This document shows, piece by piece, positions 61,462 through 64,000 of a stretch of DNA of 64,000 nt. The stretch is taken from contig JBKPOS010000099.1 of NCBI GenBank assembly GCA_046733215.1, positions 1,545 through 65,544 on the forward strand, given 5' to 3'. The position numbers and the translations under genes are program-made. Positions within the stretch are counted from its first letter, which is position 1; every line of letters begins with the position of its first letter. Under the pieces are notes generated by a model. The model did no database searches. It saw only the letters and a program-made list of their open reading frames with translations, and was not told the origin of the DNA. This stretch comes from Gemmatimonadota bacterium (lineage in GTDB: Bacteria; Gemmatimonadota; Gemmatimonadetes; Gemmatimonadales; GWC2-71-9).

Positions 61462-62442
61462 TCAGACGAGCTTCTGCTCCCGCAGCCACGACACGGTACG
61501 CGCGACACTTTCCGAGGTCTCGATGCGAGGCGTCCATCCGAGCTCGGATCGTGCGCGCGCTGTGTCGTAGGCGATGAGCCCCGAGTAGAACTCGGCCGTG
61601 TAGTGGTATGGCAGACCGATGCGCGTCCACCGGAAGACCAGGTTGCCCAACGCTACGTAACTCCGGTAAGGCACCGACGACACGATGCGCGGCGCGAAAG
61701 GCACACCGAGGCACTCCGCGACCTTGCGTAGTAGCCTCTCGACAGGCATCGGCGCGGGTGCCCCGAGCAAGTAACGTCGCCCTGCGATGCCCGGCGTCGC
61801 TGCGCAAAGTCGGAGCGCATCTACCAGGTCGTCGACGTCGCCCGAATGGACGCTGCCGCCTCGCGGGAGGACGCGGATTTTGCCATCGCGCACGGACCGG
61901 ACTCGTTTCGCCCAGTCGCGCGCCCCCGGGCCGAGCACGCTCTGAGGGAGCCGCGCGACCACTACATCCAGGCCGTTCCGCCGTCCGAATTCTTCGAAGA
62001 TGCGCTCGTCCACGAAGCGCGAGTAGCGGTACGACGAGTTCGGGCGCGCTTGCGTGTCCTCGGTCTGTCGCTTGGGGCCCGCATAGCCCGTCACCGCGGC
62101 GGTGCTGGTGAAAACGACGCGGGCCGCGCCGGTCGCAAGGGCGGCTCTTCCGACCGCCTCTGAGAGCATGCTGTTCTGCTCGAGATACGCGCGGTTGCCG
62201 AGCTTGTGCCTCCCCCGCAAGGCAGCCAGGTGATAGATCACCGAGCACCCCTCCGTCGCCGCGCGCATCGTGTCGAAGTCCGAGGCGTCTCCCCGGACGA
62301 CCTCAACGCCGGCTTCTTCGAGCGCGCGGGTGCCGTGCGAGGGGCGCACGAGCGCTCGAACTTCGATCCCGTCCGCACGCAGCGCGAGGGCAAGGCGGCT
62401 GCCGATGTGACCGGCCGCCCCCGTGACGAGCGAGGGGCTCAA
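61462..62442 (-). CDS. NAD-dependent epimerase/dehydratase family protein (extended SDR)
   Basis: LVTGAAGHIGSRLALAL Rossmann motif. Typical SDR length. TTG start with no clear RBS, so the start is uncertain. Confidence 0.75.
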   Translation of the reverse strand: MSPSLVTGAAGHIGSRLALALRADGIEVRALVRPSHGTRALEEAGVEVVRGDASDFDTMRAATEGCSVIYHLAALRGRHKLGNRAYLEQNSMLSEAVGRAALATGAARVVFTSTAAVTGYAGPKRQTEDTQARPNSSYRYSRFVDERIFEEFGRRNGLDVVVARLPQSVLGPGARDWAKRVRSVRDGKIRVLPRGGSVHSGDVDDLVDALRLCAATPGIAGRRYLLGAPAPMPVERLLRKVAECLGVPFAPRIVSSVPYRSYVALGNLVFRWTRIGLPYHYTAEFYSGLIAYDTARARSELGWTPRIETSESVARTVSWLREQKLV

Positions 62443-62461
62443 GGCGCGGCAGTCACCGTCG

Positions 62462-63628
62462 TCATACCACGATTCTGGCGTACACCGCTTCGGCCTTCTC
62501 AGCCGCGCTGTCCCAGGTCAAGCTCGCCTGGGCGTATGAGCGTGCATTGGCGCCCAGCCGGACGGCGAGCGCCGAGTCAGTGAGCAGGCGATCGATCCCG
62601 TCTGCAAAGCCGGCGACATCGCCGTCTTCCACCACCCACCCCAGCTCTCCATGCGCGAGATGCTTGGCGGAGCTGCGGAACGACACGATCGGCGCTCCCG
62701 CAGCCATGTAGTTGAGGAGCTTTTGAGGAACCCCCTCGCAGTCGATGCGAGGGTTCAACGCAACGGCGGCCTCGGTGAGATGTCGCGGAACCTCCTCGAA
62801 CCGCGCCGGCACGAGATCGATGGCTTGTTGAATGCCCAACTCCGAGGCCAGGCCGGCATAGGGAGCAAACGGCGAGTGAGTCACGATCTTGAGCCGTACG
62901 TCGTTCCGCTTTCTCGCCAGCTGAGCGAACGCGTGCAGCATCAGCTCGATGCCCTGGTAGGGCGCGAGGTTGCCTGCATAGACCAGGGTTCGCCGCTGGC
63001 GTTGCTGCAGCGTCCGCTCGGCCCCTCCCGCAAAGGGCTCCAGTTCGACGCCGTTGGTTGCCACGGCGATTCGACTCTCGAGCCCGGGATCGATCGCGAT
63101 GAGGCGCCGCCGGATGTCCTCGTGTGCGGCCAACACCCAGGTGGCGAGTCGGGGTAACCGCCGGTCCAGAGCGCGTCCCGCACGAGCCAGCACGCGGCGT
63201 CCAATGCCGAGCGGATACTGAGGCAGCTCGGATTCGATGATCGTGTGCACATCGTAGACGATCGGTAGCCGGCGCCGACCTCGGGCCATCAGCGCCACCA
63301 GAAAGCCCTCTGCGTGATGCGCATGAATCACATCGATCGGGCAGGACCGAAGCAGGCGGCCCGTACACGCGGCGAGCAGCGGATCCAATACCAGCAGCTT
63401 CTGCCACGTGGGACCCGGCTCGTAGCGACGATAGGTCGGCACTCGGCCAATCCTGTGGACCGTCACCGAGGCGTCCGGCAAGCCGTCGCCGAGATGATAG
63501 GTCACCACGTGCACTTCGTGTCCTCGCCGCGCGAGCGCCTCAGCGAGCCGGAGCACCCGTATCGGCGTTCCCCGCCCAGCTGGAAATGGACAGGCCGCGA
63601 TCATCGCGACGCGAAACCGATCAGCCAT
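62462..63628 (-). CDS. Glycosyltransferase family 4 (GT-B, GT1-like)
   Basis: ATG 63628. RVAMIAACPFPAGRGTPIRVLRLAEALARRGHEVHVVTY and C-terminal LNPRIDCEGVPQKLLNYMAAGAPIVS. Confidence 0.8.
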   Translation of the reverse strand: MADRFRVAMIAACPFPAGRGTPIRVLRLAEALARRGHEVHVVTYHLGDGLPDASVTVHRIGRVPTYRRYEPGPTWQKLLVLDPLLAACTGRLLRSCPIDVIHAHHAEGFLVALMARGRRRLPIVYDVHTIIESELPQYPLGIGRRVLARAGRALDRRLPRLATWVLAAHEDIRRRLIAIDPGLESRIAVATNGVELEPFAGGAERTLQQRQRRTLVYAGNLAPYQGIELMLHAFAQLARKRNDVRLKIVTHSPFAPYAGLASELGIQQAIDLVPARFEEVPRHLTEAAVALNPRIDCEGVPQKLLNYMAAGAPIVSFRSSAKHLAHGELGWVVEDGDVAGFADGIDRLLTDSALAVRLGANARSYAQASLTWDSAAEKAEAVYARIVV

Positions 63629-64000
63629 CCGCCAGTACCTCGAGCGCGGGCGTCGGGGATGGCTCGGCGACACCCGCCTTCGCACGTACTCGCAGCGCAC
63701 GAAAAACCAGCCAGAGAAGCGAGCTCGCTGCCAACGTCTCGGTGACGACCGTGGTCCAGGCAGCGCCGAGCGGACCCCACCGGGGGATGGCAACAAGATT
63801 GAGCCCGATGTTGGCAGCGAGACAAAGCGCCAGGACTCGGGCGGCCTTTGCCTCCTGATGAAGGGCTCCGGCGAGAAACGTCGCGACGAATCCCAGGTAG
63901 AGCGCGGGTACCGCGAGATAAAGGATGCGGAGCACCCACACGGTCCCGCCGTACTGGCCGCCCCAAACCAGCCGTACGACGAGCTCGGCGGCGACCAGGA
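63621..64000 (-). CDS. C-terminal part of a polysaccharide flippase/MOP-family membrane protein (gene continues past the window end)
   Basis: The frame stays open from 63621 to the window edge: ...LVAAELVVRLVWGGQYGGTVWVLRILYLAVPALYLGFVATFLAGALHQE...NLVAIPRWGPLGAAWTTVVTETL. It overlaps the GT4 start by 8 nt. Confidence 0.6.
   Translation of the reverse strand, partial: LVAAELVVRLVWGGQYGGTVWVLRILYLAVPALYLGFVATFLAGALHQEAKAARVLALCLAANIGLNLVAIPRWGPLGAAWTTVVTETLAASSLLWLVFRALRVRAKAGVAEPSPTPALEVLADG

Noticed and set aside
1-64000. Search for tRNA, rRNA, tmRNA, SRP RNA, transposase/integrase genes and long terminal inverted repeats
   Set aside because: By eye I found no T-arm-like GGTTCGAATCC-type motifs in a tRNA context, no rRNA-like stretches, and no DDE or tyrosine-recombinase-like ORFs. 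The absence should be confirmed with tRNAscan-SE, Infernal and ISfinder searches.

Overview
This is a high-GC bacterial chromosomal window, densely coding on both strands. I found no rRNA, tRNA, CRISPR array, transposase or integrase by eye. I call about 60 protein genes. In many cases the start is trimmed from the longest ORF to a start codon with a GGAGG-type RBS or an ATGA/GTGA overlap with the upstream gene.

Layout:
- 0-2.7 kb: an orphan sugar-binding lipoprotein, the 3' stump of an acyl-CoA dehydrogenase gene, about 0.9 kb with no convincing gene, and an orphan receiver-domain protein.
- 3.0-7.5 kb: a five-gene chromate-resistance-type operon (split chrB-N/chrB-C, MFS transporter, DUF1259, chrA) behind a palindrome that overlaps an apparently leaderless promoter.
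- 7.6-28.3 kb: a housekeeping block of Tat-exported M20 peptidase, prs-rplY-pth-ychF, rpsF-rpsR-membrane protein-rplI, a DAK2/DegV fusion, rsfS, a 1061-aa outer-membrane protein (peptidase + TolB-like propeller + beta-barrel), a SPOR lipoprotein, smc, DAHP synthase and a LolA-like protein.
- 28.4-34.5 kb: a minus-strand run of rpmE-prfA-prmC-ylbF-like-tmk-ctp and, downstream of ctp, a DUF2520/RidA fusion.
- 34.7-52.9 kb: mixed genes, including a Crp/Fnr regulator, SpoIID, yajQ, metX with a promoter-plus-terminator leader, a short RpoD-type sigma factor, an aldehyde dehydrogenase, a larE-like/thpR/sigma-54-activator operon, arfB, a PQQ dehydrogenase and lepB.
- 52.97 kb to the window end: one minus-strand glycan-assembly operon of flippase, GT4, epimerase, two GT2 genes, three paralogous alkaline-phosphatase-superfamily genes and a GMC oxidoreductase.

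The most unusual signals are these:
- Dispersed arrays of the heptamer AGCTGAT/ATCAGCT start in or next to stop codons and carry stops in all three frames in one orientation only.
- At 44.1-44.6 kb two inverted arrays bracket a frameshifted four-helix-bundle (23S-IVS/Avd-family) gene. At 26.4-26.6 kb the same arms bracket only about 93 nt.
- The glycan operon carries a triplicated AlkP-family gene plus a GMC oxidoreductase.

A Gemmatimonadota-like or FCB-group origin is a low-confidence inference.
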